Shown piece by piece: positions 14,160 through 23,923 of a stretch of DNA of 64,000 bases (the first letter of the stretch is position 1; each line of letters starts with the position of its first letter). The translations under genes were made by a program, and so were the position numbers. Under the pieces are notes generated by a model that worked only from the letters and a program-made list of their open reading frames with translations, ran no database searches and was not told the origin of the DNA. Origin of the DNA: an uncultured Verrucomicrobiae bacterium (GTDB lineage: Bacteria; Verrucomicrobiota; Verrucomicrobiia; Chthoniobacterales; UBA10450); assembly GCA_963815455.1 (NCBI GenBank), contig CAWFGO010000003.1, forward strand, positions 160,001 through 224,000, written 5' to 3'.

Positions 14160-15043
14160 ACGACGGTCTCGGGTTGCCCGCTGACCATGACTGGAGTGAC
14201 GACATCGGGCAGCGATGCCGCCAGACTTTCCGGCTCCTCGGCCGGCCAAACGACCTGCCAGGCGAGTCCGAATTTTTCCAGCGTCCAGATGATGTAGCGG
14301 GTGAGATCGAATTCCCACCAGCGCAATCCGTGGGCGGCGCATCGGGGCTGGGCGTGATGATTGTTGTGATAGCCTTCGCCGAATCCGAGCACCCCGATCA
14401 AAAAGTTGTTTCGGCTTTGGTCGGTAGTATCAAAGCTGCGATAGCCAAAGCGCGGCATATGGCAGATGGAATTAACCGCCCAGGTGACATTGTACATCAC
14501 GAGCATCGGCACGTAGAGGCACCACAGCATTCCCGCGAAACCGAGGGTAAAGAAAAGCACAGACGCAACCGCCAGATGAGGCAACACGTAAAGCCCCGAG
14601 TTTTCCATTAGTCGGCAATACCAGATTTTCCGAACGTCGGCGGCATAACGCTTGGAACGTTCGCGGAAGTCGGCCGGTTTCCGGACCAGCCACATCATGT
14701 GGGCATAAGGAAAACCGTGCAACGGGCTGTGAATGTCTTCGTCGGTATCGGATTTCAAATGATGATAACGGTGATCTCCTACCCACATGACCGGATCGCC
14801 CGACAGCATTACCGCTGAGCCGGTGGCAAGCAGGAATTTGAGCCATTCCGGCATCTCAAATCCCCGATGGGTGAGATAGCGATGGAGATAGAGCGAAGTG
14901 CCAAGGCCGCCGATAAAGAACACCGGCAACATGATCGACAGGTAAAACGGCTGAAAGCGGTACAGAAGCCCGATCACGCCCAGGACCTGAAGAGCAATTA
15001 GGATGATGAAAACAAAGAGCTGAATTTTTTCGTGCTTAAACAT
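14156..15043 (-). CDS. Membrane fatty-acid desaturase (delta-9-like)
   Basis: His boxes HRYLTH, HRYHH, HNNHH; DIHSP, WWEFD. Confidence 0.9.
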
Positions 15044-15218
15044 ACGAGGAGACGGGAGAAGAGAGGAAAGGAAGCAGCCTACGGGGCGACGGGTTGAATT
15101 CTGACGCAATATTAATCGGCTTGCAACACGCCATAATTGCTAACAGGTGCGATTGTGCACGCGCTAACTTTCGGATGCAGGATGAATTGCGGTGCGTGAT
15201 ATGGATCAGTCGCTGATA

Positions 15219-15291
<73 letters not shown>

Positions 15292-15377
15292 GATTGTTCG
15301 CCTGGCGACTCGAAGGGACCATCCCGCCTGCTCGTGATCACTATGAAAATGACAAAACATCGAGTGCGATTACGATC

Positions 15378-15923
15378 ATGGGCATGATTGCCTTACGGCT
15401 GCCGTTGGGAATGAGCTGCCTGATTATTTCATTGCTCCCCGGCGCGATTTCGATCTTGCACGGGCAAGATGCAGCACCGCCGACCGTCGATCTGGGGCCG
15501 CGGCCACTGGAAGAGTCGACGCCCAGTGCTCAGCCGTCGGTTTCACCCAATCTTCCGGAAGTGTCAAAGTTGGACGAAGCTTTCAACCAAACGTCATTGG
15601 GCAAGGAAGCCGATGATCGCCGGCTGCATCTTGAGTGGCGACGTTTGGCTAACCAGGCGGTGAATGATCCGGCGGTCATCGCGGCCAAGGCGGTCATCGA
15701 AAAAGCCGATACGGATCTCGAGAAACGCCAGCGCCTCCGGGCCTACTACGATATTTATTACGGACGGATGCGGGCGATGGCAGCAACGGCTGAAATGAAG
15801 GCCGCCCTCGATTCGTTCAGGGAGGCGCATCAAAGTCAGACCAACCAGCCGCGGGTGAGGCCGGCGAGCGATGGCGCCCTGCCTACGCCCACTCCGGCGC
15901 GCAAGGCGCACAAGAAAAAATAA
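15378..15923 (+). CDS. Hypothetical exported protein
   Basis: Hydrophobic N-terminus, Pro-rich linker, helical charged core; start uncertain. Confidence 0.55.
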   Translation: MGMIALRLPLGMSCLIISLLPGAISILHGQDAAPPTVDLGPRPLEESTPSAQPSVSPNLPEVSKLDEAFNQTSLGKEADDRRLHLEWRRLANQAVNDPAVIAAKAVIEKADTDLEKRQRLRAYYDIYYGRMRAMAATAEMKAALDSFREAHQSQTNQPRVRPASDGALPTPTPARKAHKKK

Positions 15924-15982
15924 GTTCACCTCGCGCGCGGCTTGCCGGTTCACCTTGCGCGGTTATCCTAAACGCCTTCGAT

Positions 15983-16057
15983 GGCGCGTTCGTCTAGTGG
16001 TTAGGACACAGCCCTCTCAAGGCTGGTGCACGGGTTCGACTCCCGTACGCGCTGCCA
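15983..16057 (+). tRNA. tRNA-Glu(CTC)
   Basis: Full cloverleaf GGCGCGT...ACGCGCT, anticodon loop ctctcaa, encoded CCA. Confidence 0.95.
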
Positions 16058-16110
16058 TTAATTTACTTAAGAGTTGCGGCCGACCCAGCCGCCTCTACAC
16101 TGTCGATCTT

Positions 16111-17421
16111 ATGCCATACAAAAATATCACGCCGCCTGCCGGCGAAAAAATTTCCAGGACCGAAAAGCTCAACGTCCCAGATAAACCGATCATTCCATTT
16201 ATTCGAGGCGATGGCACCGGGCCGGATATTTGGGCGGCCAGTGTGCGCGTTCTGGATGCGGCCGTCGAAAAAGCATACGGCGGGAAAAAGAAGATCGCCT
16301 GGTTCGAAGTCTTCGCCGGCCAGGCGGCCAAGGACAAGTTCGATACCTGGTTGCCCGACGATACCGTCGAAGCGTTTCGCGAATATCTTGTCGGCATCAA
16401 AGGTCCGCTGACCACACCGGTAGGCGGCGGAATTAGCTCGCTCAATGTCGCGCTACGTCAGCTGCTCGATCTTTTCGTTTGTCTCCGGCCGGTCCAGTAC
16501 TTCAAAGGCGTCCCCTCACCCGTGAAACATCCGGAGAAGGTGAACATGGTCATCTTCCGCGAAAACACGGAAGACATTTACGCCGGCATCGAATGGGCCG
16601 CCGGCACGCCGGAGTCGAAGAAAATTCTCGATTTTCTCGCCAAAGAATTTCCAAAAGCATTCGAGAAAATTCGTTTCGGCACGAAAGAAAAAGCGGCCGA
16701 GTTCTGGAAACGAGTCGGCGCGCCGGAAAAGGACGACGTCATGGTCGGGATCGGCATCAAACCGGTGAGCCGGTCCGGCAGCGTCCGGTTGATCCACAGT
16801 GCGATCTCTTATGCGATTCTGAATCAGCGCAAGAGCGTCACGTTCGTGCACAAAGGGAACATCATGAAGTTTACTGAGGGCGCGTTTCGCGATTGGGGTT
16901 ACGACGTTGCCAAGAATTATTTCGGCGCGGAAGAAATCGACGGCGGCCCGTGGTGCAAAATTCCCATGGGCAAACCCGGCGCCGGCATTGTGATCAAGGA
17001 CGCGATCGCCGACATCACGCTCCAGCAGGTGCTGACCCGCCCGGAAGATTTCGACGTGATCGCGACATTGAATCTGAACGGCGATTACTTGAGCGATGCC
17101 TTGGCCGCTCAAGTGGGCGGGATCGGAATCGCGCCCGGCGGCAACATCAATTACATCACCGGTCACGCCATTTTCGAAGCAACCCACGGTACCGCGCCGA
17201 AATATGCGAACCAGGACAAGGTGAATCCCGGCTCGGTAATTTTGTCCGGCGAAATGATGTTCCGTTACATGAACTGGACCGAAGCCGCCGATTTGATCCT
17301 GAAAGGATTGAACGGCGCGATTGCCAGCAAACGCGTCACCTACGATTTCGCGCGCCAAATGGAAGGCGCGACTGAAATCAAATGTAGCGAGTTTGGAACT
17401 AATGTGATCGACCACATGTAA
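16111..17421 (+). CDS. icd: NADP-dependent isocitrate dehydrogenase
   Basis: [55 protein letters not shown]. Confidence 0.95.
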   Translation: MPYKNITPPAGEKISRTEKLNVPDKPIIPFIRGDGTGPDIWAASVRVLDAAVEKAYGGKKKIAWFEVFAGQAAKDKFDTWLPDDTVEAFREYLVGIKGPLTTPVGGGISSLNVALRQLLDLFVCLRPVQYFKGVPSPVKHPEKVNMVIFRENTEDIYAGIEWAAGTPESKKILDFLAKEFPKAFEKIRFGTKEKAAEFWKRVGAPEKDDVMVGIGIKPVSRSGSVRLIHSAISYAILNQRKSVTFVHKGNIMKFTEGAFRDWGYDVAKNYFGAEEIDGGPWCKIPMGKPGAGIVIKDAIADITLQQVLTRPEDFDVIATLNLNGDYLSDALAAQVGGIGIAPGGNINYITGHAIFEATHGTAPKYANQDKVNPGSVILSGEMMFRYMNWTEAADLILKGLNGAIASKRVTYDFARQMEGATEIKCSEFGTNVIDHM

Positions 17422-17425
17422 TATT

Positions 17426-19870
17426 ATGAATGACGAAATCCGAAGCACGAAGCTCGAAGGAATGACGAATGATCGAATGACTAAACAAAGCCGATCTTGG
17501 GCTTCGCGGTTCGGGCTTAGTCATTCCTTCGTCATTTTTCTCCTTCTCGCCGCGGCACTAAACAGCGCGTCCGCCCAGAAACGCAGCATCACCGAAAAGG
17601 ATCTTTGGGACTTTGTCTGGATCGGTGATGCGCAGGTTTCGCCCGATGGATCGCGCGTGGCGTTTGTGCGGGTGACCGTGAATGAAAAGAAGGAGGGGTA
17701 TAACACGTCGATCTGGTCGGTTCCGACCAATGGCGCCGAGGAGCCGCACCAGTTGACCAAGGGCGACCATGATGGCTCTCCCCGCTGGTCGCCCGATGGA
17801 AAATTCCTGGTTTTTGTGCGGGCGACGGAAAAGGACGGCAAACCCGAGCCGCCGCAGTTGTCGATCCTGCCCATGACCGGAGGCGATTCGTTTTCGTTTA
17901 CCGATCTGCCGAAAGGCGCGGCGAACCCGGTCTGGTCGCCGGATGGGAAAATGATTGCGTTTCTCAGCGGGACTAATGCGAAAGACCTGGCCAAACAGGA
18001 AAAGAAAAAGAAGAAAGAGGAGGAGCTCAAAAAGGCGGTGAGTGAGAGTTCACCCGACAGTTCGCCTGAGGCCTCGAAGAAACCGGCTGAAAAAAGCGGC
18101 GCCGCGAAACAGGATGCCAAGGAAGCAGTCAAGAAAGCGGAAGCCGAATCGGAGCACGATAGCGATGTGCATGTGGTGACCCACGCAGTCTATCGTGAGG
18201 ATGACGAAGGTTATCTCGATCCGGAACATCCGTCGCACATCTGGGTAATCCAGGCGCCGCGGAGCGCCGAGGAAAAAGTGAAACCCCAGCAGCTCACGTT
18301 CGGCCGCTTCGACGAGGGCAGCATCGTTTGGGCGAAAGGCGAAATTTATTTCCTCTCGCTGCACGTGGACGAGCCGTACTACGACAATCCAAAGAGCGAG
18401 CTGTATTCGATCAACCCGACCGGCGGGACCCCAGCGAAGCTCAACACCATCGACATGGATGTTGGCGGCCTGTCGCTCAGCCCTGACCGAAAACAATTCG
18501 CGTTTCTGGCGTCGGTAACGCAGCCGGTAAACTCTTACACGCAGCCCGATCTCTGGGTTGTCGATGTTACGCCAAACGCGAAACCGCGAAATCTGACGGC
18601 AACATTCGATTTCGATGTCGGTGGCGGCCCATTTGGCGACAACGCAGCTCCGCGCGGTGGCGGCCGAAACATCCCGATCTGGACGCCGGACGGACGCAGC
18701 TTAATCGAGGTTTACGGCAAAGGAGGAAAAGCGATCCTGGCGCAGTTCGATGTAAGCAGCGGCGCGGCCACCGACCTGACGAATGGTAATCAGGCGGTGG
18801 TGCGTTTTCGAGCAAGTGGCACGGGCATCCTGCCCATGAATACAGCAGATCACCGGCAGGATGCCGATGCCACGATGAAAATCGTTTACACAGTCTCCAC
18901 GCCAACCCGGATCAACGACCTGTTCGTTCTGGATCGCGCGAATGCAAACGCGCAGCCGGTGCAATTAACAAAAGTGAACGAGGAACTTTTTTCGAAATTA
19001 AATCTGACCGAGCCGGAGGAGATCTCGTACAAAACATTCGACGGAAAAACGATCCAGGCATGGGTCCAGAAACCGGCGGACTTCAGCCCGGCGAAAAAAT
19101 ATCCACTGATTCTCAATATTCACGGCGGACCGCACGCGGCTTACGGTTACATTTTCGAGCACGAATTCCAATGGATGGCGGCGAAGGGATACGTGGTGCT
19201 TTATCCGAACCCGCGCGGCAGTACGACCTACGGCCAGGATTTTGGGAACGTGATCCAGTACCATTACCCAGGCGATGACTTCAAAGATTTGATGGCCGGC
19301 GTGGATGAAGTGATCAAGCGCGGTTACATCGACAGCAAGAAACTCGGAGTGACTGGCGGCAGCGGCGGCGGTCTGCTCACGGACTGGGTCGTCGGGCACA
19401 CCGACCGTTTTGCCGCCGCCGTGGCGCAACGCGACATCGCCAGTTGGGCCCATTGGTGGTACACGGCCGATTTCACTTTGTTTCAACCGAACTGGTTCAA
19501 AGCGCCTCCATTTGAGGACGAAGCGGATTTCAAAGCGCGTTCGCCCATTACCTACATCAAGAACGTGAAGACGCCGATGATGTTTGTTCTCGGCGAAGCG
19601 GACACCCGGACGCCCCCAGGCGCGGGCGGTGAAGAAATGTTTCGCGCGCTCAAGTTTCGTAGAATTCCCACGGTAATGGTGCGTTTCCCCGGCGAATCGC
19701 ACGAGCTATCGCGCTCGGGTCAGCCGTGGCATCGTGTCGAACGATTGCAACACATCGTAGGCTGGTTCGATCATTGGTTGCTTGGGCAGTTGCCAAACCC
19801 GAATACGAAATCGCGCCGAAAGGAAGAAGTGCCGATGAAACCCAAAGACAAGCCTGCCGCACCGAAATAG
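17426..19870 (+). CDS. S9 family (acylaminoacyl/dipeptidyl) peptidase with beta-propeller; start may be a downstream ATG
   Basis: WSPDG repeats, IHGGPH, NPRGS, GGSGGG nucleophile, ESHELSRSG. Confidence 0.9.
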   Translation: MNDEIRSTKLEGMTNDRMTKQSRSWASRFGLSHSFVIFLLLAAALNSASAQKRSITEKDLWDFVWIGDAQVSPDGSRVAFVRVTVNEKKEGYNTSIWSVPTNGAEEPHQLTKGDHDGSPRWSPDGKFLVFVRATEKDGKPEPPQLSILPMTGGDSFSFTDLPKGAANPVWSPDGKMIAFLSGTNAKDLAKQEKKKKKEEELKKAVSESSPDSSPEASKKPAEKSGAAKQDAKEAVKKAEAESEHDSDVHVVTHAVYREDDEGYLDPEHPSHIWVIQAPRSAEEKVKPQQLTFGRFDEGSIVWAKGEIYFLSLHVDEPYYDNPKSELYSINPTGGTPAKLNTIDMDVGGLSLSPDRKQFAFLASVTQPVNSYTQPDLWVVDVTPNAKPRNLTATFDFDVGGGPFGDNAAPRGGGRNIPIWTPDGRSLIEVYGKGGKAILAQFDVSSGAATDLTNGNQAVVRFRASGTGILPMNTADHRQDADATMKIVYTVSTPTRINDLFVLDRANANAQPVQLTKVNEELFSKLNLTEPEEISYKTFDGKTIQAWVQKPADFSPAKKYPLILNIHGGPHAAYGYIFEHEFQWMAAKGYVVLYPNPRGSTTYGQDFGNVIQYHYPGDDFKDLMAGVDEVIKRGYIDSKKLGVTGGSGGGLLTDWVVGHTDRFAAAVAQRDIASWAHWWYTADFTLFQPNWFKAPPFEDEADFKARSPITYIKNVKTPMMFVLGEADTRTPPGAGGEEMFRALKFRRIPTVMVRFPGESHELSRSGQPWHRVERLQHIVGWFDHWLLGQLPNPNTKSRRKEEVPMKPKDKPAAPK
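18816..18873. repeat. GTGGCA-type REP doublet translated inside the S9 peptidase
   Basis: gtggcacgggcatcctgcccatg ... caccggcaggatgccgatgccac inverted arms. Confidence 0.8.
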
Positions 19871-19948
19871 TCTTTGGATGGACGTGCTCCAGTCATCCCC
19901 CACATTTGGTTGGACGACGCGGGTAGCGTCTATTCATTATCAGGTGTA

Positions 19949-21556
19949 ATGGCTTCCTCCTCTCTCTGGCAGCGGTTTCAGAAATACTTTCTGCGTTACG
20001 CCGATCTCGATTTTTCGATCGATATCAGCCGGATGAAATTTCCGGATGATTTCTTCGAGAAGATGCGGCCGAAGATCGACAAGGCGTTTACGGCGATGCG
20101 CGAGTTGGAGGCGGGAGCGATTGCCAATCCCGACGAACAACGCATGGTCGGTCACTACTGGTTGCGTAATCCGAAGCTGGCGCCGACGAAGGAACTTCGC
20201 GCCGATATTGAGGAGACCAATTCCCGGATCAAAGAATTCGCGGCCAACGTGCACAGCGGAAAAATCCCCACTGAGAATGGAAAGAAATTCGAGCACATCC
20301 TCTTGATCGGCATCGGCGGATCCGCGCTTGGGCCGCAATTCATCGCCGAAGCGCTCGGCGCCGCGCACGATCCGATGAAGATTCATTTCCTCGATAACAC
20401 CGATCCTGACGGTTTCGATCGCGTATTCGATAGGATCGACCCGCCTTCGCAACGCTCCGGCGCGGCAGGCAATTTCCTTCCCCAGACGCTAGTCGTCGTG
20501 ATTTCGAAGTCGGGCGGCACCAAGGAAACTCGGAACGGGATGCTCGAAGCGGAAGCGAAGTTCAAGGCGCGTGGTCTTCAGTTTGGAAAACACACGGTCG
20601 CAGTGACCGGCGTCGGGAGCGACCTCGACAAGCACGCGCAGAAGAACGGGTGGATTTCTCGGTTTCCAATGCACGACTGGGTCGGCGGGCGCACCTCCGT
20701 CATGAGCGCAGTCGGGCTTCTGCCAATGGCGCTGGAGGGTTTTAATATCGACAATTTCCTGGCCGGCGCGGCGGCGATGGACGAGCGAACGCGGACAAAT
20801 AATGTCATGGAAAACGCGGCGATGCTTCTGGCGCTGATGTGGTTTTACGCTGGCAACGGCCGCGGCGAAAAGGACATGGTGATCCTTCCCTACAAGGATC
20901 GGCTGGCACTGTTCAGCAAATACTTGCAACAACTGGTGATGGAATCGTTGGGCAAAGAAAAGGATCTCGATGGCAAGACGGTGCATCAAGGCATAGCCGT
21001 TTACGGAAACAAGGGCTCGACCGATCAACACGCTTACGTCCAGCAGTTGCGCGACGGGATTCTGAATTTTTTCGTCACTTTCATCGAAGTCGGCAAGGAT
21101 CGGCATCAGCCAACCTTTGAGGTCGAGCCTGGCGTAACCAGCGGCGATTATCTCCACGGTTTTTTGCGGGGAACGCGCAGCGCGCTTTACGAGAACGGGC
21201 GCGAATCGATCACCGTCGGGATCCCGGAAGTAAATGCGTTCAACGTGGGCGCGTTGATCGCTCTTTACGAACGCGCGGTTGGTTTCTATGGCTCGCTCGT
21301 GAACATTAACGCTTATCATCAGCCGGGGGTTGAGGCGGGCAAAAAGGCCGCCACCAGATTATTGCAGCTGCAAAATCAAGTACGCGAAAAACTGGCCGGG
21401 GGCGATGGCCAGACGGCCGAAGAAATTGGCCGGTCGCTCGATGCCGACCCGGAAGACGTGTTTCATGTGCTGCAACACCTGGCGAGCAACGATCCACGAG
21501 TGCGGGTGGCGGCGGGCGATGGACCGGGTGACGACAAGTTCTCCTTTTCGAAATAG
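19949..21556 (+). CDS. pgi: Glucose-6-phosphate isomerase
   Basis: [44 protein letters not shown]. Confidence 0.95.
   Translation: MASSSLWQRFQKYFLRYADLDFSIDISRMKFPDDFFEKMRPKIDKAFTAMRELEAGAIANPDEQRMVGHYWLRNPKLAPTKELRADIEETNSRIKEFAANVHSGKIPTENGKKFEHILLIGIGGSALGPQFIAEALGAAHDPMKIHFLDNTDPDGFDRVFDRIDPPSQRSGAAGNFLPQTLVVVISKSGGTKETRNGMLEAEAKFKARGLQFGKHTVAVTGVGSDLDKHAQKNGWISRFPMHDWVGGRTSVMSAVGLLPMALEGFNIDNFLAGAAAMDERTRTNNVMENAAMLLALMWFYAGNGRGEKDMVILPYKDRLALFSKYLQQLVMESLGKEKDLDGKTVHQGIAVYGNKGSTDQHAYVQQLRDGILNFFVTFIEVGKDRHQPTFEVEPGVTSGDYLHGFLRGTRSALYENGRESITVGIPEVNAFNVGALIALYERAVGFYGSLVNINAYHQPGVEAGKKAATRLLQLQNQVREKLAGGDGQTAEEIGRSLDADPEDVFHVLQHLASNDPRVRVAAGDGPGDDKFSFSK
20439..20470 (+). repeat. ACCCGCCTTCG...GGCGCGGCARG short repeat within pgi
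   Basis: Copies also at 30167-30198 (-), 30474-30505, 61864-61893. Confidence 0.75.
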
Positions 21557-21574
21557 CGGTTAGCCGCCGATATC

Positions 21575-22273
21575 ATGGGCGCTGGAACTCCCGAGGCCGA
21601 AAACGATGACATCCCGTGGAGCAACGTAGTCCATTTTGTCCGGCAATTGAGCCACGATCTTCGAAATCATCTTAACGCCGTCGAACTGCAATCGGCTTAC
21701 ATCAGCGAAGTCGCGACCGATGCGGAATTGAAAGCCGAAATCAAACGGCTCCGGGAAATGATTTCCGATCTGGCAAAGGTCCTGCAAAAACTGAGCGCCG
21801 ATCTGGGCCAGAACAAGCCCGACAGGATGACATATCGCGCGGCCGATTTTATTGAAGATCTGCGCAAAAGAATCGGGCGGGATTTCGAGAAGGAAAGTTC
21901 GGGGATCAAATGGGACGCCCAACTCGGGGATGCCGTGTTCGATGTCGATCCTCAGTTGTTGCAGCAGGCGTTTCTGGAGCTATTTGGCAATGCTTTTCAA
22001 CACGATCGCGGCCCGGGCGAGATTGTCGCGACGGTCAGGGTCGACAACGATCGATTTGTTTTCACGCTTCGTGAGCCGAAGACGAAGTTCGATTTATCCA
22101 CTGAAAACTGGGGACGCGAACCGCTCCGTCGAGTCGCCCGGGGACATTATGGTCTTGGACTAAGCCGGGCCGGCAGTATTGTGGGGGCCCACGATGGAGA
22201 GTTACGCGCCCGCTACGATTCAACAGATTCGACACTGGCCACGACGATTACGGTGCCTCTGTCTCGAAAATAA
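21575..22273 (+). CDS. Sensor-less histidine-kinase-like protein (HisKA + degenerate HATPase)
   Basis: H-box LSHDLRNHL, N-box ELFGNAF, G2 GHYGLGL; no TM or sensor domain. Confidence 0.7.
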   Translation: MGAGTPEAENDDIPWSNVVHFVRQLSHDLRNHLNAVELQSAYISEVATDAELKAEIKRLREMISDLAKVLQKLSADLGQNKPDRMTYRAADFIEDLRKRIGRDFEKESSGIKWDAQLGDAVFDVDPQLLQQAFLELFGNAFQHDRGPGEIVATVRVDNDRFVFTLREPKTKFDLSTENWGREPLRRVARGHYGLGLSRAGSIVGAHDGELRARYDSTDSTLATTITVPLSRK

Positions 22274-22305
22274 TCGGGAAGCTGCCATCTTCCCCTACAG
22301 TCAAC

Positions 22306-23703
22306 ATGACAACGGATAACCGGCGCATTCTGATCATCGACGATGAGCGCACGATCCTTCTGACCCTGACGGCGCTGCTCGAGCGGCACGGCTTTCAGGT
22401 GGAATCCGCGCCGACGGCGTCGCAGGGATTGAAAGCGTTGAAGGCAAAATCTCCGCCCGTCGTTTTGCTCGATCTCCACTTGCCCGACGCGGAAGGTTTG
22501 CAAACACTCGAGGAAATCAAGACCAGCGCGCCTGGAACGCAGGTCATTATTTTGACCGCGCATGACACGTTGAATAACGCAATCGAGTCGATCAAGCGCG
22601 GCGCTTACCATTTCATTAGCAAACCATACGCGCCGGAAGAATTGCTTAGTCTGATCGAGAAAGCGTTGGAGAAGCAGTCGCTGCTTCGCGAGACAGAGCA
22701 GCTTCGACAGCGAACCCAGCAGCTCGAAAAACGGCTGGAAATGGCCGAGGTTCAACCGGCGCCGATATTTAAGAGCAAAGCGATGCAGGAGATCGACGGA
22801 TTGATTACGGCAATGGCGCCGTCGGATGCCAACGTGTTGATCACGGGCGAAAGCGGTGTGGGCAAGGAGGTGATTGCCAACATCATTCATGGGCGAAGCC
22901 GCCGCGCCGGCGCGCCGATCGTGAAGCTCAATTGCGCAGCGTTCCCGCAAACGATGATCGAAGGAGAACTTTTCGGTTACGTGAAAGGCGCGTTCACCGG
23001 AGCGATGAACGATTTCCCCGGGATGATCGCGGCGGCTCACAACGGCACGCTTTTTCTCGATGAAATTTCCGACATGCCGCCGGATTTGCAGACCAGATTC
23101 TTGCGTGTGCTTCAGGAACGCGAATATCGCTCGCTCGGAAGCACCCGAACGCTCAAGGCAGATTTTCGCGTAATCGCCGCTACAAATCAGCCAGTACCAC
23201 AGGCGCTGGCCGAAAATCGCCTTCGTTCCGATTTGTACTATCGGCTGAACACGTTTCAGATCGAAGTGCCTCCCCTGCGCGACCGGAAACAGGACATTCC
23301 CCCGCTGGTGGCTCTATTTGTAAAACAGTTTGCTCAGCAATTGGGCAAACCCGAGCCGGCCATCGCGCCGGATGCTTTTGAGAAACTCCTCAACTATTCG
23401 TGGCCGGGAAACGTGCGCGAGCTGCAGAACGCTCTCGAATACGCAGTCGTGCTAGCACAGGAAAACTTGATCGGCGTGAAAGAACTCCCGGCTGAAGTGC
23501 AATTACCCCCGGCATTGCAACAAACCGAGCGCGTGGCCATGCCGCGTGCGGGCGGCGTCCAAACGCTCGACGACATGGAACGTCACGCTATTGTTCAGGC
23601 GCTGGCTCAATGTCATGGCAACAAAAAGAAGGCGGCCGAGCTCCTCGGCATTCAGCGGCCGACGTTGTATAATAAGTTGAAACGTTACGCGATCGACGTG
23701 TAG
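22306..23703 (+). CDS. Sigma-54-dependent response regulator (NtrC/AtoC family)
   Basis: Receiver (IIDDE, LLDL), GESGVGKE, GAFTGA, LFLDEI, WPGNVREL, Fis-type HTH. Confidence 0.95.
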   Translation: MTTDNRRILIIDDERTILLTLTALLERHGFQVESAPTASQGLKALKAKSPPVVLLDLHLPDAEGLQTLEEIKTSAPGTQVIILTAHDTLNNAIESIKRGAYHFISKPYAPEELLSLIEKALEKQSLLRETEQLRQRTQQLEKRLEMAEVQPAPIFKSKAMQEIDGLITAMAPSDANVLITGESGVGKEVIANIIHGRSRRAGAPIVKLNCAAFPQTMIEGELFGYVKGAFTGAMNDFPGMIAAAHNGTLFLDEISDMPPDLQTRFLRVLQEREYRSLGSTRTLKADFRVIAATNQPVPQALAENRLRSDLYYRLNTFQIEVPPLRDRKQDIPPLVALFVKQFAQQLGKPEPAIAPDAFEKLLNYSWPGNVRELQNALEYAVVLAQENLIGVKELPAEVQLPPALQQTERVAMPRAGGVQTLDDMERHAIVQALAQCHGNKKKAAELLGIQRPTLYNKLKRYAIDV

Positions 23704-23720
23704 AAAATCTCTTTGGTCAC

Positions 23721-23873
23721 GTCATCCTGTCGAAGACTCGCCGTGGCGAGAGCGAAGTCGAAGGGATCCCGCGATTAAGGGCAACGTTCGTGAACAATCA
23801 AGCGATCATGCTTTCAGTGTTGTTCGGGCGCGTTCAATGCGAACGCGAGGTCCCTGGCGTCGCTCGGGATGAC
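23721..23873. repeat. GTCATCC-type long palindromic element
   Basis: gtcatcctg...cgctcgggatgac ends like the 48.7-kb and 56.7-kb units. Confidence 0.7.
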
Positions 23874-23923
23874 CGCGCTGCACGGCCGCTTTGGAAACGT
23901 GCTCTTCTTGATTAGATTGTCGA

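Noticed and set aside
17990..18160. Lys/Glu/Ser-rich stretch in the S9 peptidase as a mobile insertion
   Set aside because: Low-complexity linker with no inverted repeat or second copy
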